Shown: positions 45,281-57,900 of the stretch, piece after piece
Layout of the letters: each line of letters starts with the position of its first letter
Numbering within the stretch: the first letter of the stretch is position 1
NCBI RefSeq assembly: GCF_964204645.1
Contig: NC_134031.1
Location: forward strand, 4,030,001 to 4,094,000
DNA: 64,000 bases
DNA from: Tubulanus polymorphus
Taxonomy: Eukaryota; Animalia; Nemertea
Direction: 5' to 3'
Position numbers and translations under genes: made by a program
The notes under the pieces: generated by a model
Seen by the model: only the letters and a program-made list of their open reading frames with translations
Told to the model about the DNA's origin: nothing
Database searches by the model: none

Positions 45281-46269
45281 ATGACAGACACCAAGGTTCA
45301 TGTGGAAGAAAAAGTTACTGCTGTAAATGAACTGACGCAGCCTCAGTCGCAACATTCAGGTTTGTCTAGGGGAGGGATACGCGGGCGGGCGATGAAAAAC
45401 CAAAGGCTGAAGGCCGATCCAGCCTGCCGCTACTTCCGCTCGAGCGGTACTCAGGTTTGTAGAAGTGCCCTCCTTTTTTTGAAGTTCGTCGTGAAAAATC
45501 CCGTTTTACCAGGCAGAAATTATCTCTTGCAAATGAGTCCTTATCGCTGAGTTGATTTGACTTTGATCAGGGAAATGTGAGTCTGACTTGTACTGACATC
45601 TCATATTCCGAGCTAGTATTCTGGTAGTTTTGATAACGCTGGTCAATTTGAATAATCGAAAATGGTCAACTTCTTTTATGAATAGTATTTACTTCAACAG
45701 GTCAAAATGCCATATTTTATAGATGGATGGATGGAAGGATAGATTTGATCCTCTAAATATGCTCAGATTGCATCTCAGAGCCCTAATCTTCCAGACCCCG
45801 TATTGGCTGTGCCCTTCCACAATTGAGCAGTACTCAGTAACCTAGGCTAGATTCGCTACAGATATTCAATTCGTGAACAAAGTCTACAAGATTTTTCAAC
45901 TTCATCTGAAATTTGCTTTTACAGTGGCAGCAGGAACCGCAACTGTGGTGGTCGCCCGAACGTCGTCATTCCCGGAATATCCAGTAACAGTTTTCTGTCC
46001 TTCGTGTAATACAGATGTTTTAACAGTCACCACCTATAAACTGGGCGGGTTGGCTTGGATCGGTTTTGGGGTCATGGTGTTTATCGGGTACGTGATTTTA
46101 AGCACGCACGATTCATGAATTGTCATCTCTCAATAAAAATATTTTCTTTTTCGTTTTAAGATGTTGGTTCGGTTGCTGCCTTATTCCTCTTTGCGCGAGA
46201 GCGTTTAAGGACGTGGAGCACAGTTGCCCTACGTGCCATGGCCGGTTGGGAGTCTGGAAAGTTATCTAA
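45281..46269 (+). CDS. Second LITAF-domain protein, short N-terminus without proline-rich/PPxY region
   Basis: Exons 45281-45359, 45925-46087, 46161-46269; CPSC...GCWFGCCLIPLC...HSCPTC; same intron positions and C-terminal KVI* as LITAF-1. Confidence 0.9.
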
Positions 46270-49200
46270 CAATGATAACTAAACCTTATATTATTAACGA
46301 TTTGAGAAACGATCTAAACGAATTATCGAACCTGCCAGATTTAGTATAAACCAGCGATACAATGAGTTTTAAATGCTTGTATTCATTTGCATCAGATATT
46401 GAGTGTGGGTATTGTAGATAATGAAACGATGATGATGATAATGAACAATAATTCATGATGCATCACTCGACACATCACAATGTATATATGCCAATAACAA
46501 TTTAAAAACGCGTAATATATATGCGATTTCGAGGTTGTCACACAAGAGAAACATCAGCTGAGCTAATATTCTCAGCAGATTACCGCTAAATTCTGATTTG
46601 CATTTATACGTTAATCAAAATATAGAATGAAATCTGAACTTGAACTCAGAAATGTATATTCCAGATACCGTCATCATGGCCTCATGATAGATTGCAATGA
46701 GAATTTTTTTCAACATTTCACAGGAGCATCTATTCCTGAAATACGCGAATTCTTTATCATTCAAAAAGAGCCGTTCGTTGACCTGCAGTGTCCAGAATGA
46801 ATCCACGCATGAACAACCATGCGTTATAATGAAAGCGCAATCGTGATTTTGACGGTTTTCCAGATGGGCGTGCGATTTCAAAGTGTATCAATTACATAGT
46901 TTATAAGGCGTCCGAAACAATGTAATTAGCTACACCACAGCAGCATCGGATCATTGTCTCGCACCCCGTGTCACAGAAAGCCCGAGGGAAATTGCAAAAA
47001 TTACAAAAACTATCGTCAATATATTTTGTTTTGTCAGCAGTTCTATCTGCTAATACTTGTTTCCATCCTTAACATTTTATATTTGATCAACCACAGTTTG
47101 TTCCTCGAGCTTAAACGATCTTAGTTCCCGAATGTAGGTTAAATTCCCCTGGTTAAAAATCGTCCAGGTAAAAATTCCCCGCTTGGCGATTCAAAGAGAA
47201 CATTTAAAAGCAAGAGATATTTCTCCAATTCTAATCTTCAATTTGCAATAATAAAACTGCAATGCTGTAAAACTGCATATATTTTCCGATCTGGATTTTC
47301 GTTTCTAACTGACATTTGAAGATTTGAAGATTTTACTTAATTGCTCTAATACTGGTTTTGACTGCTGCTTAATTTATTCAGTATTACATTTCAATTTTAT
47401 CTTAATTGTATTTCTATGTATATTCTGTTAAGCTCTTTAGAGTTATTAAGTTTTAAATAATGATGAAGCATAATTAATGATAATAGCAAAAATGCATGAA
47501 GAGGATGTATTATTGATGATAGTAACAGTAAAAATAATAATTTGGATTATATCAATTTGGATTTATTTGTTTCTTGCTGTATGTTCGGATATTTGCAAAA
47601 TGTAACCATGCGAATTATCAGAAAACTTTGAAATGATAAAATCAAACGTTCCAATTTCAAAACATTTGTCGAAGTCAGATAACAATGAGCGATAACAGCT
47701 GGTTTGTTATAAATCTCCTATAATCTAAGGGATTATAGGTTTGCCAATCGGACAAAGAAATACTGCGATAAATATGTAATAATCCCCATTAGTACTGACC
47801 GCCAGGGTCCAGTATTATAATCCCGCGCAGAGATTGTTCTATTGACTGATACTTTCAAACAGATGTTTATTAGAAAACTGTTGATGGATAATTAACAAAA
47901 TACCTATAACGAAGACAATCAAATGGGTCAGACAGATAATTCAGCATGGGATGACCAATTCGGTAATTTGGCTCTGAGTGTTTGGCGGGATCGCTCGGGG
48001 CCCTGGCTAATTGCGACATAGTGATTTGAACATTTGAATGGTGTTAATTGATATGGGACAATGGTGAAGCCAGTTTCTAACCCTCGACTCGAGAGAGATT
48101 CCATATCCGTGTCAATTCCGCTACAAAGGTATCCGAATTCTATCTGTATCTTGAATAGGGATTTTCACATGAAAAATGATACGACGATTTAAAAGCCCGT
48201 TTCACATCCTGACAATTTGTGTTTATTAAGTGCATGTGAAATTCGATAAAGCTTGGACGAGGTTCACAATAATTCATTCATGTAATTATCTGCATATTCC
48301 TTATTAAAACCACATACAAGGCTAAGATAAAATGATACCTTGTTTCTCCTTATCTGGCGGGTCTCTTTTGTGAACTGCAATAAAATTTGTAATCTGTTAG
48401 TTTCTATCGCTACCGTGATATGGCTAGCTCGATCGTGATTTAAAAAAAAGAAATAATGTAAGGGGTAGATAGGTGCCGGCCGGGTCAACTTATAAGCTCA
48501 GCAGAAATGAGAGACGAGGTATCAATTTTAGCCCCATACGAAGACCACCATTGAGTGAAAGATAACACCGATACTAACTTCGAAATGTCATGATACGTAT
48601 CATCAGTTTAGTAAATGATAACAGCTAAAATCAAACAATTGATTCCTACAATGTTGAGTAACTTTTAAGGAGACTTTTAGGTGCGCCGTTTTTATCACAT
48701 TCGCCTCCGCAGTTGTATGTGTTCGTTGTACGGAAGATTGAAAAATTAAAGGAATTGTTTTTATCCATATTTGTACTAAAAGTTATTTTTAACGTATGGA
48801 TATGAAATATAGGTTTATGGTTTATATTGTGATGATAAAACATCAAAAAAATCAAGTTTGAAAAAAAACCTGTCACAATTCCTTTAAAATTGGAAATAGC
48901 TTTAATACCTCATTCATCGGCAATCGCGTGAATTATCGTTTCGAAAACATCTTCGTAGAAAAAGTTAAAATATTTTGACACGCGCATTGGAAGATATTGC
49001 TAGGATTACAACAAACGAATGCCCGCAAAATGTCGAAAACATATATATGACGAATTCGATTGTGAATGATACTCGAGGAAAAATATATGAAAGCTGGAGA
49101 ACATTATACGCAGCGAATAGGCGGGGTTAATTAGTGATTGTGTAATTTTGATCTTTGAGCGGTTGATTGCTTCTGTGGGGGTTTTGTTAGCAGATTATTT

Positions 49201-49451
49201 CGCGCTGTAATTGTTAAGAACACCCGGGGGATATTGGCCCATTATTCAGTTCACTGTGGATTAATTTCGTTGCAGAAGACTGGTCCTATTGACACGACTG
49301 TCAAATAATTGACCCTTATTTCTGCTAAATCGAGAGAGTGGGAACAATGTTCATCTCTCAGTGTTGTTTGTAAGTGCTAATGGCGATGCGTACTGAGCGC
49401 CTATTGGTTCAGAAAGTGTCGACGGCGGGAAATTCAGATTTGACACAGCCT

Positions 49452-49490
49452 TATAAAATATCCATATCAGAGCAGGATTGTCAGTTGTGA
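49452..49490 (+). promoter_or_regulatory. Probable TATA + Inr core promoter of the zinc-finger gene
   Basis: TATAAAA at 49452 and TCAGTT initiator at 49481 (about 30 nt apart); reverse CCAAT (ATTGG) near 49403; putative non-coding exons ~49483-49708 (ag|gtaagg) and 51152-51241 (ag|gtaagc). Confidence 0.65.
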
Positions 49491-51486
49491 CTGCACTGTC
49501 AGCATTGTCACAGCGTTAACGAACCGGGAACTGTGTATTTCATACGACGACGAGAATTTCAGAATCTACAAATCATCGGAACTGAGAGATTACATACCGG
49601 AATACTTGGATTGCGAAAAGTTTATGCCGACACGCGTATTGGTGCACCTCTAAGATATAACGATATTATTGATAAATAGCCGGATACTATATATATGATA
49701 CTATAAAGGTAAGGGATAATTTCGTATTCTCAAATGCTATCTTATATACGTTAATACATTTTGTTAATCTACTACACAAAATTAGCAGTTTGTCATGCTA
49801 CATTTTAATGAAAATAATAGTTTTGATTATGATTAAGATATATATAACATTGAATTTCTGTGTCTCTTTCTAAAATATTAACTTTAGACTCACTGACACT
49901 GACAGCAGTATAAAACATTGAAAAAAGAATAAAATAAATAACTTCTGAATAAAACAATTTTCAAACAATTTTAACTTTTAGTAAAAGTATTACAAAGGTT
50001 TTACGGCCCCGATTATAAGATATTCGACATCCGCCTCACCAGACGTCAGAAAAGCTTATGTATCAATTTGATTTTTTACATTCCAAGTTTTATTAGATTA
50101 AATGAAAATAGACTTATTATGGGGGACGCAATTATGTTTTGAATATTAAGTTAGGTCAGTGGCTAACAATCGAAAAATGAATAGAGGTACAAAGTTTCAA
50201 AAGGCGGTTTGATATTTCGATGGACCTGGTACTAGAATCTCATCTATTCTTGTAAACCATGGACTTTAGAGTACATAAGACTAATTTGAATGGGTTTGTG
50301 ATACCCATTTTGATTGATGAGCCTAGTGAGCATAGATAGATAGATAGATAATTTATTACTCTCCAACCATTTCCATGGTACGTGGAGAAGGAGGTGCTGC
50401 CTTCTATCGGCAGTTCAATGAACTTTTTGATGGCAGCGCGCTGTTGCGGTAAATCAGCGATCATGGCGGCAACGAAGAAATGGGTGATGGATAGTTGCAT
50501 AAATTGCAGCGTATTTCTTGTAGAAATCATCGTTTGAACGATGATGATTGAATCTTTTAGCAATAATTAGGTACGTTAGATTAATTTTCGATTGGGTTCA
50601 AGTGGCGTCATTTTCGCGTTGAAGCGATATTTTGATATCTATCGGTATTTACTGATTCGGCGTGGGATCGGGATGATGACGAAGGAACCGCGGGATGGCG
50701 CGCTGCTGCAGCTATGATTGGCGGTATATTTACCTCGGCAAATCTATTTCATTCGTATTTCATATTTTGATTACAATGCCATGAATAATGCCAGCTTCAT
50801 AATCTTACTTAGGATTAACAGTAAGATCTATTGGGTTACTTACAATACAATATATTAGGTAGGCCTACTTTGATTTACTACTGTAACTTTTTCTTTTTAC
50901 CTTTTATTGATTTTGTTTATGTACTAATTGTTACAGTTTATTACTTTCATTTACTGTAACAGTTTATGATTAGTCAAGATTTCTTTTGGGCTTATTAAAA
51001 TTGTTTCCGCCTTGGCTTATAGCAATTTCTCATATTTTTAAGAATTAATTACATTAGTAGGCAATATTCTTGTGAAATGCGCTAACGTGAACACTCTGAT
51101 TTCTAGAATATAATTTTGTTACTATGATTGTATATTTTTCTCTATTTTCAGTTTCACTCTTCATGTGAATTTATTCCTGATGAAAGATTATTTGATTGAG
51201 CCGCAAAATTTTGTTTTAAGTTACTTTCACTTCATGAAAAGGTAAGCATGAAAATGATATCCCGTAACTTGACTTTTAAGATTAATTCAAAAGTGAAAAC
51301 CACAAGATCATAATTCAAATTAAGCATAGATTATAATGTAATGTTTTTGCTTAGTTAAGTTGACTTGAAAAATGGGTTCATTATTTTAGTTAAACAATTA
51401 TGATTTATTAAATCAAGCAATTTTGTTCAATTATGCTACTAGTTATGTAAGCTGATAATGAATAAATAAAAATAGTCAAGCATAAT

Positions 51487-51739
51487 CAGGGAGGCCACTG
51501 ACCAAGAAAACCTGGAAAATTCAGGAAATAGGACAAATTTTACCAAAAACCTGGAAATCTCGTGGAATTCGGATACTGACCACATGTTTCTTCATCAATA
51601 TGTGATTCATTTGAAAATGAATGAATTGTAACATTTTAAACCTAGAAATTTCTCAGATTCTCTCGCAGAATTTTGAATCACATGGATAAATCAGGGAAAA
51701 CTCGGGGCTTTTTTAAATGGGCAGAAAGTGGCCATCCTG
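51487..51739. mobile_element. Non-autonomous DNA transposon with CAGGG TIRs and 5-bp TSD; partial relatives ~5483-5715, ~9894-10400, ~59437-59660
   Basis: ATAAT|CAGGGAGGCCACT...AGTGGCCATCCTG|ATAAT; internal 'cctggaaaa/tcagggaa' repeats. Confidence 0.75.
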
Positions 51740-51978
51740 ATAATCCTTTGGAACCAACTTTGTAATGTGATGTAGAATTTCTTAATATCTTGAGTCATAA
51801 GCATAGTAAGTGTACTTTGATTCTTATTATAATTATGAGCTGAGATAATTAATGGGAAAAAAATGAATGGAAAAAATATAGTTAATATGTTAAGTGATAA
51901 AATTTGATGCGCATATCAAGTTATATTAATATTTTTTATTCATTTCTGGTAACATTGTCATTTTAGTTGTTCCTCGCC

Positions 51979-54900
51979 ATGTCAAATATAACCAAATCGA
52001 AATTGCACCCAAATATGGACCATTTCAAACTGAACAACCTTCCAACTAACTCTCAACATCAACATTCCACTACCAAACTAGAATCCTGTGATATTTGTGG
52101 ATTGACATTCCATAATTTTTCGCTGCTGAAACACCATCTGCGTTCGCACGAGCGTCCGCACCGATGCGTCGATTGTTACCAAACGTTTCGCTTGCTATGG
52201 CAACTGAAAGCGCACGAGAAAATTCACAAAGTTCACCGCGAACGTCGTTTACCGTTTTCGACGCGCGCAGCGGTCATCGGAATGAATAAGCGTTTACGCT
52301 TGAACGAATCCGGAGACAATAAAACGAACGCGACGACCGATTCGGAATACGGTTCCGATTTGAGACATAAATCCAGGTCGAATTCGATTGATTCCGACGC
52401 TGAATCGAGCAGTTGTGATAGTCTGATTTCCGCATTGCCGGATAAGGAAAATGATCCTTCGTCTGCTAGCTGTGATAATATTGCCTCGACGAAACATCAC
52501 CACAATCTCCAGCAGAAGTTTTCCCGTCGCAAAATATGCAAGAAGACGTTCATTGGTAAACTCAGTCTGCAACAGCACCTGCGCAACAAGACGACGCTGA
52601 ATTTTACAGGTGGTAAGAAACAATTGTCTCCTGAATATCATTCCTCATTACGTTGCGATCTTTGCAACAAGTCGTTTAAATTCGTCGCTCAAATGAAGCG
52701 ACATTTAACATCTGTCCATTGTTCTAAATCTGCTACTAGCCCGAGCTGTAAGTGTAAGCATTGCTCGGCCGTATTCAGCTCGTTAAACGATCTGAAAGCT
52801 CATTTAGTAAACCACCGGGCCGAATTTAGTCGCACGTATCCTTGTAAACATTGTAAAAAAGTATTCGGTCAATTGTCGGCGTTGACGGAACATCTGAAAT
52901 CTCACGCCTATAAACCACACGTTAATAATGAAAATCCGATTCAAACTCATAGCTCTATAACCGATTTCCATTGCAATATTTGTCCGATCGCATTTACTAA
53001 ACTCGATCTCTATCGGGCACACGCTGATACTGAACATTCTAGATCCCATCCCGTTCAGTGTTCAACTTGTCACGATCGGTTCCATGCCGATTGCGAGCTT
53101 AAAATCCATTCCGCGCAACACTGCGTTCAACTGTCGCCCGAAGAAATGATTTTACCCCGCGAATACGCCGCCCCCGTGAAATGTAACGTTTGCGAAGAAA
53201 CGTTCAAAACGAAAGGCTTCGATAGTCTGTTTAGGTTACACATGGATCAGGCCCATCGCGAAACGCATCCGCATTATTGCGCGACGTGTTTCGCGCGCTT
53301 TGAAACTAAAGTCGAGTATAAATTGCATAAAAAGGTCCACCGCAGTACGCGTGCGGTCGTCGACAAACAACTCTGGTATATACCGGGTTCGTCTTGTAAC
53401 TTGTGTTTGAAATGGAATTTTTCCTATCGAGGCTCGAAAGGTCATTATAACGAGCACATGGAGAAATACCACGACGATTGTCGTTTCAAATGCGAAGTTT
53501 GCGAGGACCGTTTCGATAAACAGTCGGATCTCGACGAGCACATGGTCGATCATAATGATGATGATGATGATGATGATATTTCGAGCGATGATGAATTCGA
53601 TTATCCTCGCCGACGGTTTCACTGCAACGTCTGCAATACGTACTTCCTATTCGGACGAATGAGTTATAAATTCCATTCGGATCGGTTTCATTCGGGAACT
53701 CATCCGTTTCGCTGCGACGTCTGCTACGACCGGTTCGAAAACGAGTTACTTTTGAAGATCCATTCGCAGACGCACGGCGTCGTGCTCGCCGAGAAAGAGA
53801 AGTCGGTTCCGCGCGTTTACGCGGTACCCGAATTCAAATGCACGATCTGCGATCATAAATTCGGCGAGAAAGGCTTCGACAGCGAGTACCGATTTCATAT
53901 GGATCAACTGCACGTTTATTCGCATCCGTTTCGATGCGAAATGTGCGCGGAAAGATTCAAAACCAGTTCGGAGCTTTGGTGGCACGAAAAATACCACGTC
54001 GGCAAAGAACCGGTCTACGACCCGCTGCTGACGCACGTGCTCGAATATGAATGTAACGTCTGCCGAAAACCGGGTTTCATCTACCGCGGACCCGGTTCGC
54101 AGTATCGCAAACACCAAGACGAAACGCACGAGAAAACTCATCCTCATCAATGCGACATTTGTTTTGATTCGTTCGAATCGGAACGCGATTTAAAATGCCA
54201 CGAATTCGACACGTTGCATTTGCGCCCGTTCAGATGCAGCCTGTGTCCGACGTGGGGATTCGTCAGCTGGGGTCCGGACAGCCCGTACAAGAAACACCAA
54301 GACGAATTCCACGCGAGTTACGCGCACCAGTGCGAACGATGTCACGACCGCTTCGAGTATCAGTACGAACTGTACGAGCACATCCGCGACGGGCATCCGG
54401 ATCTTCGAAAGCGTATAGTCAAGTCGTATTGGGCGGCGCTCGAAGAGGAGAAACGAAAACAGCCGGCAAACGCGACGAGAACGGACGCCTCGTTAGCGAA
54501 AGCGGAAAATCGATCGGCTTCAAACAACGGAAATAATTCTGATCCGGTCGCCGATTTGCAAAACAAAGAAAATTTCAAACCGACTCGTAATGAAAGTGGT
54601 TCCGCGTTCGATGAAGTCGACGGTGAAATTTTGTCGACCGGAAATGTCATCAAAACAAATTCGCTCGTCGAGTCGTCCGGTGATCGAAGAAAAAAACGAA
54701 AAGGAATACCTCGACGCATGGACGACTGCTCGCTGAAAACTCCGACGACGGCGAATGAAATCGAAACGGATAATTTACAAACGAAAACGAAGAAGCTGCT
54801 CGGTGGAAAAGAGGTCACCGATGAATACGCGGATGGCATCGCGGAAACTGGACAGGGCTTGTTAGATTTTATCGGTAACCTAGTTATCGATATCAACGCG

Positions 54901-57900
54901 GAAAAAGCCATGAGCACCGACGACAGCGTAAGCAGCATCGAAGGCTTGACCCAAAAACTGAATCAGAATAACTCGACCAACGGCGACCCGAACAACGCTA
55001 TATATACGTGCAATCAATGCGGACGCGTGTTCACGAGGAAGGCTTCGTATTCGAGGCATTTGAAGTTCCACTCCGGGGTGAGGCCGTATAGCTGTCACTT
55101 CTGCGAGCGGCGGTTCATCCAGTCGTCCGATCTGAAGCGCCACATCCACACGCACACCGGCGAGAAAACTCATCTCTGCGTTCGTTGCGGCGACAAATTC
55201 CTGCATCTCACGCAGCTTCATCGCCATCGCAAGAAGTGCACCGGCGAGTTGAACCTGCCTCTCGAGCCGAAAGCGCCGCGTTCGCTGCCGATGAGGAACG
55301 TGTTTCCGGAAAGCTCGGCGTCGATGGGTCTCGCTTATATACAGAGTATGATGCTTAAACAGAAAAACCTGTTGCCCGCTCCCAATCTGACCAGTCTACC
55401 GGTTATCGGCGTCGCCACGCCGATGCGTCCGATGAAGCTGGAAATGAATAATCTGCCCGTGTTCCCGGGCGCGGAGATGATGATGTCACCCGTTTCGCCG
55501 ATGTCGGAAAATGGTGAAGCGTCGAAATCGAAGCATACGCCGGGAGAATATACCGACGACAGCGACGTATCTAATATGTCGGCAGAAATTAAAAAAGAAA
55601 ATACCACTCGAGAAAACGAGAGTATTTCGTCGGCGATTGACGTCGATCAAGTCGACGGACTGATGATGATGGAATCTCCGAATTCGATGAATTCGACCAA
55701 AACTGAAAATCTATCTCCGCAATTGAACTACGCCTCCCCACCGACGACGACGATGGCGGCGACGAAAGCGATGTCGAAAAATACGTGTAAAATCTGCGGG
55801 CGCGTTTTCAATTGTCAGAACAACCTGGCGCGACACATCCGCGCGCACACCGGTGAAAAACCGCACGGCTGTAAGTACTGCGGCAAACGATTCATACAGT
55901 CGTCCGACCTGAAGCGCCACGTCGGTATTCACACCGGTCAGATGCCGTTCAAGTGCGAAATCTGTCAACAACAATTCGTGCACAAACATCGTTACTTGCA
56001 GCACATGGAACGTCACGGAATCGACGCCGATAACGTGGCCGCTTTTTCCGCGTCGCCGAAACTTCAAGAAAACGGAGATGATTCGTTCGGGACGGCGTCA
56101 GGCGCGAAGGATTTGATCCGCATGTCGATTTTGAAGAAGATCGTCCATCGGCCGGACGGTACGGAGATAAGCGAAGCGACGGCGAAAATGGCCGCGTCGA
56201 GTTTAGATATCAGCAGCAGCGACGAAAACGTCTGCGCTACGAAGGAGAACGACGTTCGCAGAGGTAAATCTTTCGACGGAAATGATGTCGTTAAAGACGA
56301 GGTCTCGAAACCGGATACCGAACCAGAACAGGGCGACGGTAAAAAGCAAACGTTCGAATGTCAGTATTGCGGGAAGAATTTCAAGTTTCACGCTCTGTTG
56401 GCTCGGCATATTCCTAAACACACCGGCGAACGCGCGTTCAAGTGTTCGATATGTAATAAAGGATTCATTCAAACGTCCGATTTGAAGCGTCACATGCTAC
56501 GACACAACGGTTACACGCCGCACATGTGTAAGTTGTGCTTCAAGGAGTTCGTGTTCGAAGATCGCATGTTCGATCACTATAGAACGGCTCATAAAATGGC
56601 CAAAAACTGGATCGAAGAACAAATGCTGAAACAGAAAAATCACATGTACAACAATGAGAATATACCGGAAGCAGCGTCGGTCGGTAAGAAGACGATGAAA
56701 CTCGATGTAGCCGCCATGCCAGCGAACAAGAATCCTTTTCCTCTTAGCGATAAAATGAATATCAACTACAACGGACCTGTTTTACCCCTGACGTCGCGAC
56801 CCGACGATTGGAAGTTTCTGTCCGCGCAGAATCCAATGGTTTTCAATCCGAATTTGGTTTCCTATCCGACGATCGCGGCCCAGTTACGCGTTTCGCAGAT
56901 GAACAACAACGGCCTAAATCAAGATTGTCCGCTCGACCTTTCGGTGAACTCGCTGAAAATGCCGAAGATGAAGGAAATCAAAAATATTCAACCACTGCAG
57001 CCGTCGATGAAAGAAAACAATGCCCTTCATATTGGAAAAGTTAAAAAAGGCATTGAAAGTCTCGGTAAAAAATTCAAATGTGATATTTGCGGACGGGAAT
57101 TTCCATTGCTGACGAGTTTGAGACGCCACATGATGTCTCATTCCGGCGAAAGGCAAGTTTTCTGTCACCTGTGTGGTCAGGGATTCTTGCAAGTTGCCGA
57201 TTTGAGTAAACACATGACGACGCATCTGACGCAGCCGTTGAATATCCGTTGCAAGGAATGCAACGCCGAATTCCTGACCGAGCAACGACTTCTCCAACAC
57301 ATTCAGATAGTGCATCGGCCGTACCAGACTCAGCTGCAGGATTTAGCCCGCGACGACAACGCGATCAAGAAGAGTTTCTTTACCGACGATGCCGGCGGCA
57401 GAGACATGGTCGACGGTGCGCCGGCGATGCAGATGAATAACGGCAACAAAGCGATGTTCAACTTCCAGAAAACGAGCACGCCGTTCAAACTAGAGATGAA
57501 GAGTAATCTGATGAGTCCGACGTCTTCCGACGAGTCACCCGTGAACGAGGACGAATCGCTGATGAAAGACGGCGGCAAACCGAAGAAAGCTCCGTATAAA
57601 AGACCGCGCGGTATTTACCCGTGCGATTATTGCGGTCGGGTTTTCCCGTATAAAGCCGCGCTCGTTCGTCACGTTCGAGTTCACACCGGCGAACGACCGT
57701 TTAAATGCCACGAGTGCGGCCACGGTTTCATACAATCGTCCGACTTGAAGCGCCACCTGTCGAAACACGCCGATAAAAATCTGAAGTGCATGTTCTGCCC
57801 GTTGCTGTGCACGACTCGCGAAGATTTAGAAACGCACGCTAAACTCGAGCACGGGTTTACGTTGAGTCCGGTGGATTTGAACGCGGAGAAAATGAGTCCG

